From the human T2T-CHM13v2.0 reference genome, Homo sapiens: a stretch of DNA of 64,000 nt. Both the position numbers and the translations under genes were made by a program. A model generated the notes under the pieces. It made no database searches. It was not told the DNA's origin and saw only the letters and a list, made by a program, of their open reading frames with translations. Location: assembly GCF_009914755.1 (NCBI RefSeq), contig NC_060934.1. One strand, 5' to 3'. The stretch's first letter is position 1. Each line of letters opens with the position of its first letter. Positions 30,267 through 43,956 of the stretch are shown here, in pieces.

Positions 30267-30570
30267 CTTTTTTTCTTTTAACAAGGTCTCACTCAGTCAT
30301 CCAGGCTGCAGTGCAGTGGCATGATCTCAGCTCACTGCAACCTCTGCCTCCCAGGTTCAAGAGATTCTCATCTCAGCCTCCCAAGCAGCTGGGATTACAG
30401 GTGTGTGCCACCGTGCCCAGCTAATTTTTGTATTTTATTTTTAGTACAGATGGGGTTTCACCATGTTGGCCAGGCTGGTCTCAAACTCCTGGCCTCAAGT
30501 GATCTGCCCGCCTCAGGCTCCCAAAGTGCTGAGATTACAGGCATGAACTGTAATCTCAGTGTGCCTGGCT
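30267..30570 (-). mobile_element. AluJ
   Basis: aggtctcactc, ctcctggcctcaagtgatc; degenerate TSD aaaattgtatatct/aaaatttatatct. Confidence 0.9.
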
Positions 30571-30799
30571 AAAAATTTATATCTTAAGTTTCATTACAGT
30601 TAGCTACTCCAAATCCTATGCCTAGACAACTTTGACTTTTAAGCACAAACCAAGAAAACTATAATGGATGCACATAAAGATATTGTTTTTAAGATGTTTA
30701 CTACAGCAATAAATACAAATATAAATCCTATAAGTAACTGCAATATCAAATACTTTAGATTTCATTACATAAATGATGGTATATCCACAAAAGGAAATA

Positions 30800-31129
30800 G
30801 AGTCATGTATCCCTTAGTGACGGGGATGTATTTTGAGAAATGCATCCTTAGGCTATTTCGTTGTTGTGCAAACACCACAGAGTGTACTTACAGAAACCTA
30901 GATGGTATAGCCCACTACACACCTAGGCTATATGGTATAGTCTAATGTTTCTAGGCTGCAAACCTCTACAGCATGTTACTGTACTGAATACTGTAGACAA
31001 CTGTAATACAGTGGTATTTGCATATCTAAACATACAAAGGTACAGTAAAAATATGGTATTTTAATCTTATAGGACCACCATCATACATGTCCGTTGTTAA
31101 CTGAAATGTTATTATGTGGTACATGACTG
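30800..31129 (+). mobile_element. Tigger3a-like TcMar MITE
   Basis: agtcatg...aaacctagatggtatagcccactacacacctaggctatatggtatag...catgactg; TA on both flanks. Confidence 0.85.
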
Positions 31130-31453
31130 TATTTTACAGCCATTACGTATGTTATAGTGTATTTTATGATATGGAAAAGAGAATATTAAGCAGGACAAAC
31201 AAGTTACATAGCAATGTAATATAATTATGTATAACACAATGTAATATACAGCAATGTATAATATAATGTAACATAAAGCAATGTAATTATGTATAATATA
31301 TTCTTAGAGACAAATTTATAAATATGTGTATGTATGTATACATCTATCTATCTAATCCCAAAAATGTTTTAACCTAGCATTAATAATATAAGAAAAAATA
31401 CATATGGAGGGTTGAGTAGGAGCTCTGTGTGTATGTGTATGTCACTATACATA

Positions 31454-31454
<1 letters not shown>

Positions 31455-31487
<33 letters not shown>
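31455..31487. repeat. (TG)n microsatellite
   Basis: About 16 units. Confidence 0.95.
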
Positions 31488-31489
<2 letters not shown>

Positions 31490-32068
31490 TATTTAATGTA
31501 AATCTTGAAAAGGAATACCTCATTGACAAATAACTATAACAGAAATATGGGAGTAGCCACGACTTCATTGGGAAGCTGAAGAGTAAGTTAAAGATTAGCC
31601 CCATTCTAGTCGCCTCAGGCACACTGAACACTTAACCAGCTGGTCAAAGTTCTAAATTAGGTTTAAATTTATACATTCTCTGTCTCCTATAATCATTATT
31701 GAAATTTCTCTTAAACCTATTTTATGTTAAGCCAAGAAACTTTCCAAGATGTTCAGATGTTAAGGACAAAGTTTCCTGTTTGGTCTCCTAGAAATATCAT
31801 TTCTAACAAAGGGCTATAATGATACCAAAGCTTGCAAAACATGTTTCTTATAGAAATTGTATGTTAGAATATTTGCTATGGAAAATTAAATTTGTTCAAT
31901 TTAGCCATAAATGAACTCACCAACCTTGTGATAATTAACCTACTGCTTATTACTCATCTTACTGGTCTTATGTAGAAAAGCACACTGCTATACATGATTA
32001 TTGTATAATCATAATGCATTCTTGTCTAGCTTTCTATTCTATGATCTGCTTGATGTAAATAGTGCTTC

Positions 32069-32287
32069 TTTTTTTTTCTTTTATTATTATTATACTTTAA
32101 GTTTTAGGGTACTTGTGCACAATGTGCAGGTTAGTTACATATGTATACATGTGCCATGCTGGTGTGCTACACCCATTAACTCGTCATTTAGCGTTAGGTA
32201 TATCTCCTAATGCTATCCCTCCCCCCTTCCCCCACCCCACAACAGTCCCCAGAGTGTGATGTTCCCCTTCCTGTGTCCATGTGTTCT
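32069..32287 (-). mobile_element. Young L1PA 3' terminal fragment (about 220 bp)
   Basis: ttattattatactttaagttttagggtac...cacaacagtccccagagtgtgatgttccccttcctgtgtccatgtgttct. Confidence 0.92.
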
Positions 32288-33397
32288 AGCAGATTTAAAG
32301 CCCAATGCATCCAGAAGCCCCTTTCATACACAATTTCTCTTTATAACGTTAAAACAATAGCAACAATATAAGAAAGTGCCTTACCATGGTAATAGTGGTT
32401 ATATCTCGGAGGTAAGATAACAAGTCATTTTTACATCCTTGGGATTCTCTATATTTTCCAGTGTTTCACTTATTTGATTATTAGTAGTAGTGGTAGTAGT
32501 AGCATTTTGAATGAGAGAATGTTTCTAAGTTTCCCTTTTATCCTTATGCCAAATTATCAGTGAAAGTGCTAACAATTTATCAAATGACCAAGGGTAATCT
32601 CCTTTAAAAAACAACAAAAAAGGAAAATTTCATTTCCAAAATAATCAAGTGTGAGCTCTTTTTTCAATCAGCAGTTTACAGACTGGGTGTGGGATTTTTG
32701 TGCTCTACAGCAGGGGAGGGGGAATTATTTTTATCTGTATCTTCAGGAGCTCGTATTCTTTAGCTATAGCCTTCCCATGTCTAATGTTTTAAATATCTAG
32801 AGTGTTGAGCATTTTCAATGTTAGAGCCAGAAGAAGCTCCAGAAATCATTTGACCCAAATTCCTTATGTTAGAGGAGGGGGCCCAGAAATTTGAGTGAAA
32901 TGACCATGGTCACCTGAGAGATGTGAGATAAGACCCTGGATCTCTTCATTTGAATGTTCTTTCCTTCCACCAGGTTGTTTCTGCATCCACGGAGGGAGGC
33001 AGTGGGTGTGGGCAGTGGAGAGCCCTCCTTTCCAGCTCCCTTTCTATGTGGGATACTCAACATGAACTAGGTCAATACCCACTCATTATCCAACCGTATA
33101 CCAGGGAGTCTCAAAGCACTGTGAAGGCAAGCTGTTTTTTATCTCTACCTCATCCCTGCTCCCCTTTTAAAAGAAACAAAACAAAACCCTAGGAGCACAC
33201 TAATGAGGAAGGAGAAGAAGATCCTAGAAATATGCAGAGATCAGGTACAGTCCAAGAAGGGAGATATGTCTTTTGTATTATTAATACTAAAAATCTCAGT
33301 GCTCATTCTCTTATTCATTCTGTCTCTGTTTAGCAGAACTCATTAAGACTCTGCTTACGTCTATGAAAAACATTTAAGTAAGAAACAATTAGCTATT

Positions 33398-33400
<3 letters not shown>

Positions 33401-33437
<37 letters not shown>
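33401..33437. repeat. (CA)n microsatellite
   Basis: About 18 units. Confidence 0.95.
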
Positions 33438-33438
<1 letters not shown>

Positions 33439-34833
33439 TGTCTATCTCAAAAACAAAAGATGAAAGGATTTATCCCCCATAGAAAAGTTGCTGCCAACAA
33501 AACTTCCTCTTTCTATAAAGCAACAAAGCCCACAGCTTTCTCTTTCATCTGGAATGTCAAAAAATAGTGGAGGCCATCCAAGGCCATTATCCTTGCTAAG
33601 GATCTTCAACCTCCTGCAACATGGGAATCTGGATGAAGAGGCCAATGAACTGGAACTTACAATGTAACCACCAACCTAATTAACAGTAAGACAATGCTAT
33701 AGAATAACTCCTGTTTACACAGACAAGGTCTTTAACAACATTAAAGGTTTAATGTCGTCATAAATTTTAATACAATATTTTAAATATAAGTGAGTTAATC
33801 ATTCTCAAAAGTAAATTTACTTAGCTTAGTAAGAATTCCCCAACTGCATTAATATTCTCTTACATTCATAAATTTCCCTTTGTCATATCTGAGGGTTTAC
33901 AGGATTGGCAGCGGCTTTAGCTTTAAAAATCAGTCAAACTAATGCATATTCATTAAGTGGCAACTCCATACAGATTGATGGTACTAATCTTGGTTCTATT
34001 AGTAAGGGAAGAGAGAACTTGAGCAAATCACAGCCTCACTGGGTGTCAAAGAAGAAAAAGATAGTTGTATTAAATGATTACTAAAGTTTCTTCCAGCTCT
34101 AACTAACTGCAGTTCTTTAATTTTACATGTTTTGAAAATACCAGGTATTGAGGAGTATGCAGAGTAGTATAATAACCCAACCCTTCCACTCATGCAATGG
34201 AAGTCCATATTAAAATGAAAACATGTCATCTGGGGAAAAGATGGCATTAAGACAATATCAGCCATCACCATATGATAAGACATTTTCATCCAGGAGGACT
34301 TAGCTCCAGGGAGCTACAGAGTCCCCAGGAGCAGCAGTTGCCAGGAAGAAAAGGATTGAAGCAGGCATTATAAATCAAATGCCTATAGAAGCTTGGCAAA
34401 GAGCATAAATAAATGAGGAGAGCTGGGTAGGAATTGTGAAAAAAATTGAAATCTACTCCTCAGCTCCAGCTAGTTGTTGCCTTGGAGGAATGTAGGCCCT
34501 GGGTTATCCCTCCTTTAGACTCTTCCAAAGAAAGCCAAAAATCTGTAAAAACTCTTGATTTTAAAATGTTGATTCAAAATAGTTTAACTTTGTACAAGCC
34601 AAATATGTCTCCACACCAGATACACCTGTAGGACACCAAATTTGAGGCCTCTAATGTGTGGCACTGTAAGGCCAAGGAATATAATATAGGGAAGGGTGGG
34701 GCATGGCAAATGGGAGGAAGGGTGCAGTGAAAGAAGATGGAAGTGGCTTTAACTGTATCTGAGGTTGGCTCTGTTAAGGGAAATCAGAAGAGCAAGCCAG
34801 CTTGGAAGTAGAAAGACATTAGGACAAGGGTTC

Positions 34834-35230
34834 TGTTAAAAGAAAATCTTTAGCTGAATTAAATTTAAAAGGGTTTAATTGAGCAAAGAACAATTCGTGA
34901 ATCAGGCAGCCTTCCCAGACAGAGTAGGCTCAGAGACTCCAGCACAGCCACATGGTGGAAGAAGAGTTATGGACAGAAAAAGGAAAATGACATACAGAAA
35001 ATAGAAGTGAGGTGCAGAAACAGCCGGATTCGTTACAGCTCGGCGTTTGCCTTATTTGAACATGGTTTGAACAGCTGGCCACCTTTGGCCACAACTTGGT
35101 AATTGGCACAAAAGTAGGCTACAGTTTGTATACAACTCCATTTAGGTTATAGTTCACAATGTACAGAGAAACCTTTAGGCTGAACTTAAAATATGTAATG
35201 AGGCAGCTTTAGGCCAACCTTGATTTAACA
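34834..35230 (-). mobile_element. MER57-family ERV1 solo LTR
   Basis: tgttaaa...tttaaca termini; MER57 motifs (cagctcggcgtttgccttatttgaaca; tttaggctgaacttaaaatatgtaa); 4-bp TSD GTTC. Confidence 0.85.
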
Positions 35231-35381
35231 GTTCTGAATCTTCTCTGGAGTCATGTGTTTTCGAACTTGGAGGTAGAAAGACATTAGGACAGGGTTTCTA
35301 AATATTTTCTGGGGTTATATGTGCCATATGAGAGTCTGATACATGTTTTAGAGATTTTCACTAGAAAAAAATAAACATACA

Positions 35382-35889
35382 TGTAGTGGACAGAATAATA
35401 GCTCCCCAAAGATGTCCATGTCTTCATCATTGTCGCTCCTCTGCCACCTTACCTTATGTGACAAAAAGGACTGTGAAAATGTAATTAAGGACCTCGAGAT
35501 AGGGAAATTATCTGAGTGAGCCCAATCTATTCACATGAATCCTTAAAATCAAAAAATGTTTCCCAGCCATGATCAGAGGGAGATGTGACTACGGAAGAAT
35601 GATCAGAGAGATGCAATGTTGGTGGCTTGAAAATGGAGGAAGGGACCATAAGCCATGGAATGTGGGCAGCCTCTGGAAACTGGAAAAGGTATGGAAATGG
35701 ATAGATTCTTCCCTAGAGCCTCTAGAAAGGAATGGAGCCCTGCCAACACTTTTTTTTTTTTTTTTTTTTTTTTGGCCCAGGGAGACATATGTAGGACTTC
35801 TATCCTACAGAACTATGAGATAATAAATTTGTGTTTAAAGCCACAAGTTTGTGGTCAGTTATTACAGTAGCAATAATAGAGTATATATA
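35382..35889 (+). mobile_element. MLT1D-like MaLR LTR
   Basis: tgtagtggacagaataatagctccccaaagatgtcc...ctagagcctctagaaagga..cagaactatgagataataaattt. Confidence 0.82.
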
Positions 35890-38183
35890 CACAGAAACTT
35901 GGGCAAACACATTCATAGACCTTCCTGAGTCTCATCCTCATAAATACATAAAGGCTCCTTGTGCTCAAAAGAGCCCAGTATACAACATGAGGACTCTGAG
36001 AGCTGTAGGTATGAAATTATTTGGCATTCGTGAAAAGATCAATGCCCATCTCATGACCTCAATCCGCTCCAAAATCTCACCTCTACAAACATGGATTCAT
36101 TTTCTGAAGACTGACTACTCCTTCGAGTCTCACCAAAATGATGTGTGACCCCAAGGAGTAAGGTGGCCTCTTGCTACAGAGAGATCTTTCTTCCTTTTCT
36201 TACAGTGTTCATTATATTAATAGCATTCTCCCCAGCCCACTGCCCCAAAGAAGGTGGTATTTTACACCTGCTGAGACTTAGCCTGGCTTATTCTTTCACT
36301 CTGAACCAGACCTAGGTCTGGAGTGTCCCATTACAGTATCATGTCTCTATCAAGATTCTATTTGGCATGATATGTCCAAACCTGGCCAGACGCCTGCTTA
36401 AAACAGAAGAGGAAGGTTATCAGGAATGTGAGCTACCTGATTCAAAGTTGTTTTTAGCCTCGGATCTCATTTCACTAGTTCATCAAATTTCACAATCCCT
36501 GTAATATTTTGAGATGGATTTTTTAAAGTTCCATTAGAATGTCCCTTGGTGATGTCACCATGGTTGTGATAAATAACTGTAGTTTAAAGGTTACTTAACT
36601 AAGAGTACTAGACATAACTGTCCTCACAGCACTCCTGATATGTGACTTATCACCAGATCCTGCGATTGCTGACAGCGGTGCACAGAACAGTCTGGAATGT
36701 TGCTAGGTCAGAAAGCTCAATTCTGTGAAAGTGGGACATGAAAGATGGGAGATGGGGAGGCGAAAAAGACAACAAGGTATTTAGGATCCTATGAAGGTTT
36801 GCTAAGAGGCAGAGGAAGAGAAATACAAAATGGGATACACAATGGTTTTAAGTTTACTGAACATCAAGCATCTTTGAGAAGGTTAATTGCTAACGTCATT
36901 TTCCCCTGTTGGTCTCTGTTAAATATCTACCCCTACAGGACCACCATACATTCCATACACAAGCATGAATGACTTTTTTTTGGTTTTTATTTGTTTTGTT
37001 TTGCTTTTATATTATTTTGAAATATGCATGGGAATAATAGTTGACTTTCTTCTTTCTGAGAGAGACAGTCATCAGGCTGGTGGGCCACTGACTAAATTGA
37101 TTCCAGTAGCCAAAAAATAGCTTTCTTACAATAATACCTCAAAGAGGAGGGAGAATGTCCTGATTACTGGAGAAATTACAAGGCTGAATCCAACAGGTAT
37201 TACCTGAGGTCAGGTAAGAGTAAACACATAAAAGAAGTCAGCTTGTGAAGAGGGTTATAAAAGGTGCCCATGAATCTGCCTGGATAGGGAAGCACCTTAC
37301 CTTTGAGGTCCCCTCCAACCTTTTGAGGTTCTATTATTCTAAATTTAGTACATTGGATATTTAAAAGTACAACTGCATAGCACAGCCAATCTTCTCTGTA
37401 GTTGTTGATTTAGACTGTGCTGCCTTAGAAAAACAATTCTAAAGGTCAGGCTCAGAAGCACAGCCCTCCCTTTCCACTGAGTGAGGGCTATGATTACACT
37501 GTACACAAGATCCTACAAAGACAGCTGACACAACTAGCGGTTGAATTCTTTCTTCTGTTTATTTCCAGAAGAGACTTTCCATAGACAGCTGCAATGCCAG
37601 GCTCCCATCAGAATGTCATGCCAACCTTTCTGCAGGCTGCTTTCCACCCACATCCTTGCCCTGGATCCAGGGCTGTCTCCAGCAGGTCTAGCAGGCTAGA
37701 GAGGCCATCCTGGGGCTATGTCAGGGCTAAGGTCACTGGAAGACACTCGGGTCAGCACAGAATCTGCACCTGCCATGCTGCAATCAGACATTTGTGGGTT
37801 CAAATTCTGGCTCAGTCCTTTTCACTTGTGCAACATCAGGCAAGTGCCTTAATATGTTTCAGACTATGAGTACACAGCTTTACGAGAAAGTAGAGAAGGC
37901 TAAATGAGAGACTACGTAAAAATCAGTTGCTATGGTGCCTACATGGTCATCACAAATTTATCACTATCACAAAGGAAAATCTAATTCCCTCTAGCATAGA
38001 ATAAAGAATAAGAATAGATGAAATCAGCATTCCTCTCCAAGGGCAGGACCTGTCTCCACTTCCCCCTGAGCCTTAAGGTAGATTATTTTCAAATGGAAGA
38101 CAGAGAAAGTAGGTCATTTACATTTATCTTAAACTCACTCAGCGATTCCTCTTCTAGGCCCCTTTAAGCAGCTTTTCTGACTA

Positions 38184-38456
<273 letters not shown>

Positions 38457-41247
38457 TCAACAGCAATCAGTTCCATAGCATTATTATGCTGGAAGTGGGT
38501 CTCGGGGCAGGGAAGCAGCAATGCATAACACATTCTGCTGATTGTAGTGTGGGAAGGGAGCCAATTCACTGGTCCAAAATTTTAAAAGCTTCTATCAGTC
38601 AGTTGCTGCAAGATTACAGAATAAAGACAAAAATCATAATAATAAATCTTATGTCCAAAAGATATGGTATAGCCATATAACAAGAATTTTACAGACATTA
38701 AAAATGATGTCATGGAAGAATATTTGATGAATAGATACATCTGAAAAGATAATTCATAGAAGAATATTTATACTATAGGCTTATTTATGCAAGAATAAAC
38801 ATATGTATGAATGTTCACACATACTCACACACACACACACACACCCCACACACACGAGATTGGAATAAGTTGAACCAAAATCTTAACTGTGACTAATTCT
38901 GAGACATCATGTTTATTTATTTTTGGGAGCCCATATATATTTTCTAAGTTTTCTACAATAAACATTATTTCTATAATAAGAGAAAAATTTAAGTTCATCT
39001 AAAAACTAAAGAACAAATCATTTTTATGAATTCCAGATCTCAAGAGTCCTTGATATCTCTCCCCTCATCCTGCCACCACCCCCTCATACACACACACTAT
39101 TGCCATTGGCCACATTGCATCTAAAGAAACCACAATGTGGGTTATCCATGATGCAATTGCTCATTAACTTAGAAAAACTCCAGAGTGCTAAACACTCTAC
39201 AGAATAAACACAATAAACACACCAAAACTAAAACTAATCTGGATTCAACACAAAGACATGCATACATAGCAAAAATAAAAGATTTATATATATCCAACAG
39301 TTCCACTACTATCATCTTTGAGCCATGTCAAACCTCTAATTGAAAAACTTTCTTTAGAATAAAATAGCCCTTCTTTAACCTAATAAATGAGATACTAAAA
39401 CAAAAATCTGCGAGAAATTCAGTAGCTCCAGGTGGCTACCATCATACAGGCAAATTATTCAAGCAATGCAGTGAATTTGGGTCTTCTGCTGCAATATATT
39501 ATGGTCACAATAGAGACCCAGCTCCTCTATTAAGGGTGTGGGTTGAAGTCAGTACAAGTGTCAATGTGTCAGGTGTCTTAGAAATCATGTTTCCAGCACA
39601 CTAGAAAAACATGGTGAGGCTTTTTGCCAAGAAGTCATCATCACAAGCCTCTACAACAAAATCATATGAATGCCTTCATACAAAAGGGGTAAAATGGGAA
39701 CAGCTGGGCAGAGCTGTGGGAAAGAAAATAATTAGCCCTATCAAGATCCTCTCTTTAATTCTTTGAAGCCTCCAGCTTCAGATAAGAAGACACTCCACAT
39801 GAAAAGTTTCCATTAGTATGCACTAGTCCCCTAGACTTCGTAGTTGCTTGAGAAAAATTCTACAGCTACCAAAATACTGGTCAAATTCTCTCACACAATG
39901 GTTTTCACGTGAGACAGAATTCTGCTTGCTACTTGCTCAGTGTATGACCTTGGCCAAATTACATAAGTTATCTGGGCTCAGTTTCCTTTTCTGTAAAATG
40001 AGAATAATACCATCAATTCCACAAGTGCCTGCCAATTGGAGGCACACAGCAGATATGAACTACTACTGATAACAATATTGCTTTTATAAAAATTTTCTTA
40101 AAGCTCAATATTCTGAACCTAGTGCTCAGTTAATCCTTGCAGAATTAACCCAAATGAGTTCAGCAAAAGAAAACTTATTTTTGTGGTGGAATGCTTATTT
40201 CACATTTCTATACTAATAGCAATATTATTTTAAATATTATATTTAGAAGCCTCAATATATGTAGGCATTAAGAAATGGCCCCTCTGAACTCTAAAAGGTT
40301 TAAATCAAAAATGCCCATTTTATTAAAACCTTATCCTTTTAGGAAAGAGTACTGTTTGATTTTTTTTTTGAAAATAGTATTTTATCTAACTCTTTGAATC
40401 TTCAAAAGTTGAGAAGGGTTAGAGAGGCCAAACACTGTTGGATTCCCTTGGCCCTAGGATGTATCTTAGATATGAATAACAAGAACTTTAGAGAAAGTGC
40501 CTCCTTAATATGCTTAGATCAGAGATCTCAAAGGACTGCAAGAGAAGAACTCTTCTCTAAAATGGGAAGATAAGGAGTATTTGGACACAGCTGACTATCA
40601 AGTCCCTGATTCAAATGGGGAAAAGAGTGGCACTGTCACCTATGTTTCTTTTCCCCACCAAGAATTTCAAACCTCAAGATGGTATGGAGAATTGGGGAAG
40701 ACTAAGTAAGGAGTCTGGTACAAATCATCCTGAATACTGATGAATGGAACAGGCTCTGATGTGATATGTATGTGTGATTGTCATGACAGGCTGCCCTTCC
40801 CAATGCCAAAAGTTAGATCATGAAAGTTCTGATCTATAAGCCCCCCTCAGATCAGAAACCCAAGTACAGCCTTTCTTAGAAAACACCGAGTTTATTCTTC
40901 CTTCCAGAGATCCTTATGATCTTGGAAAATATTTCACTCATAAGAAAAGGAATAAAGATTTTTAGTTTAGTTCCTTCCACTCCATTATCTCCTTATGGAA
41001 TGATCACCTATGGGCAAATAGCCCCAGCAAAGCTCACATGGGAATCAATGAGCCTTCAGATGCTTCTAATTTCTAGGCTTTAAGTCTTCTAGCTGATACC
41101 CCAGACAGCCTGAAGCAGACACAGACCTCTCTAGTCTGCCCTAGGTGAGTTCCTGACCCTCAGAAACCATGAAAGATAATATATGATTATTGCAATTTTA
41201 AGTTTTGTGGTTATTTGTTATGCAACAATAGATAACTAAAACACATT

Positions 41248-41424
41248 ACCTTTCCTGTATTCTAAGATATCATCAATTATAAACCATCATTGGTTTGATT
41301 ACATAAGTCTTTTAGGAAAAAAATAATGCCACATTAAATGCATCCATCAATTTTAAGAAACGTTCAAAAATGAGAAAGGTGAAATTTTGAACAGATGTGT
41401 GCATTGGCATTAAGGAACGACAGA
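41248..41424. mobile_element. MER104-like TcMar fragment (a similar piece lies at about 50550-50693)
   Basis: attctaagatatcatcaattataa..ccatcaattttaaga..tgtgtgcatt. Confidence 0.45.
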
Positions 41425-43639
41425 GCATGCCCAGGACAGCCTGGCATGTAACAACACAAGACGTCCCGACCCAAGTACCTTACAGGGAATAGGGGAGGAA
41501 AACCCAAGCCTTAGTTGACCAGCTTTAAAAAATAATTTCATGTTTTCTCTTAAAGAAAGAAGACAGAAGAAATGGGGATATCATCTTATTGAATTAATAG
41601 AACAGTAGCTTTCAAAGGTCTTGTGCTGCCAGCTGTCATTTATTCATAAAGTTATAAAGGAAAGAGTACAAAACAAGAATAGTAGTACTCAATCAAATGT
41701 ATTTGCCTCTATAAGAGATTTAGCCAGATGCATGAGAAGCCAAGGCTTACTTCCTTGGTAAGCCCATTTCTCTGCTCCAGTTGGACTCCACCACCTGGTG
41801 AAGGTTAACTAGGGCTGCCAAAGAAAGTCCTTAGAGTAAATAACATATTTGTAAAAGATTGAGAGTTAACATTTTGTCCCCACCCCCCCCCCAAAAAAAG
41901 GTGACAACATCAAGAAAGGAAATAAATAACACATTTGATTACCTTTGCCCATTTAAGCTTCATCACTCTGTTTAGAATCGGCTGTAACATTCAGCTCAAA
42001 AATTGTAGAACATTAAAGTAGGGTATGTATTCTGAAATAAATAAGATATATTTTTACCTAAAAAAACCCCACTATTATATACCAAGCACTTTTATAGTTG
42101 AGAGGGTTATAGAGAAGTGAATAAGACATTCTTGCCCCCAAAGAACTTTAAAATCTACTGTTTGACACAGACTGAAGGGTAAGAGAGCAGATTCTAACTT
42201 TTTACTTCTGTGTTAATGTGTCTGTCAAATGGTCAGATCCAAACTGACCAAGGGGACTGAGGGAAGAAGCCAAAATCCTCTGCTCCATGCTTGGTCTTTC
42301 TGCCACCTGGCCAAGCGTAGCCCAGATGGGCACCTGGAAGAAAAGGCATCCCACATCTTTTCCTGTTCCCAGCCATCTTCATCTACCCTCCACCTCACCC
42401 CTAGTATGTCCCAAGTCCACCTCAGTGGGGTGATTTGTTGGTTCTCTGCCAAATGCAGGGACCATCAAATTGACTACATTCTGAGATAGTTCATAAGAAA
42501 GCTGTCCATGAAGCAAACATAATTTAGGCTATTTATCTCATCCAGGTACAGAGGCTAGGAGAGTGTGCATGATAACAAAAGGAAAGCTATTAACTCAAGA
42601 GGCTCAAAACTCAAACTTAGTTAAGGAAAAATTAGCTGCCCCTAAACCAGAATGGTGAAATATGATATTTTGTTCTCATTGCAATTTTAGTGAGTTCAGC
42701 TGACTCTTGTAGCACTTGAGATCATCTAGTTTTGATCAAATGGCATGGCCATTGCTTCAGGCCCTTCCAAGTTCCTTTATTTGTACAAATCCATGGCCAT
42801 CAAGAAAAACAAAACAAAACAAAACAAAACAATATTCCATTCTAATCCCACCATTCTAATCCCAGATCTTGCCCATCTTCTCTGTCTGAAAGTCAGAAAT
42901 GTATCTTTGGGCCTCAAGGATGTACACATCCTGTATATCTTCCCTCCAGGATGTGGTCAATCAAAACATCAAATGTTCATCTTCTCATACTTGAGGTTTT
43001 CTCTGTGTCCACTCTCCCCAAATTGATAAAACTTTATTTTCTTCAACTACTGGATTAAATTTTAAATTAAATGGTTCTGTAGCTTAATCACTCTATTGTT
43101 AATGCCTTGCATTTATGAGAGTATTTCCCAAAATCTCTAATTAAGACATGATTAATATATCTGATAGCACTATAATTTGGAAAATCTTATATTTTCAGTT
43201 CTTAAGGTGAACAAGAGAAAGTGTTGTAAATCTACCCTATCCTACATCACCCAAGAGTCCCTTTTTTCTTAACCTTCACATATCTGTGAAAGTGACTTGA
43301 TGTCCTTCTGAATAATTGGGGAACTTTAAAGATGTTTATACCCGGATAAAAGAAGCTATTGGACTATTACATTCATGTCGTAACTAGGGTAAAGAGCGTC
43401 CTGTACGAGTTGATTTAAATTTCCTTTCAAAAATGTGTGTCTATTATTTAAAATTTTCTGGCCCTTTAAGAAATAGGGAACCAAGAGAGCAGTTTCTTCA
43501 GATCTATTTTTAAAACATTTCTGGCCATCTTACTCATTATTTCAACAAAGAAATAAAATAAATCATGGGAAAACGCAGGCATAGGCTCAAAATCCACGTA
43601 TATCCATGAAGTAGGATGTCCTCTGATTCCATTTTTTTT

Positions 43640-43956
<317 letters not shown>

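Noticed and set aside
31209-31300. Repeated caatgtaat units that superficially resemble a repeat-spacer array
   Set aside because: AT-rich degenerate slippage repeat within an old L1 remnant; irregular and eukaryotic, with no cas genes, so not CRISPR
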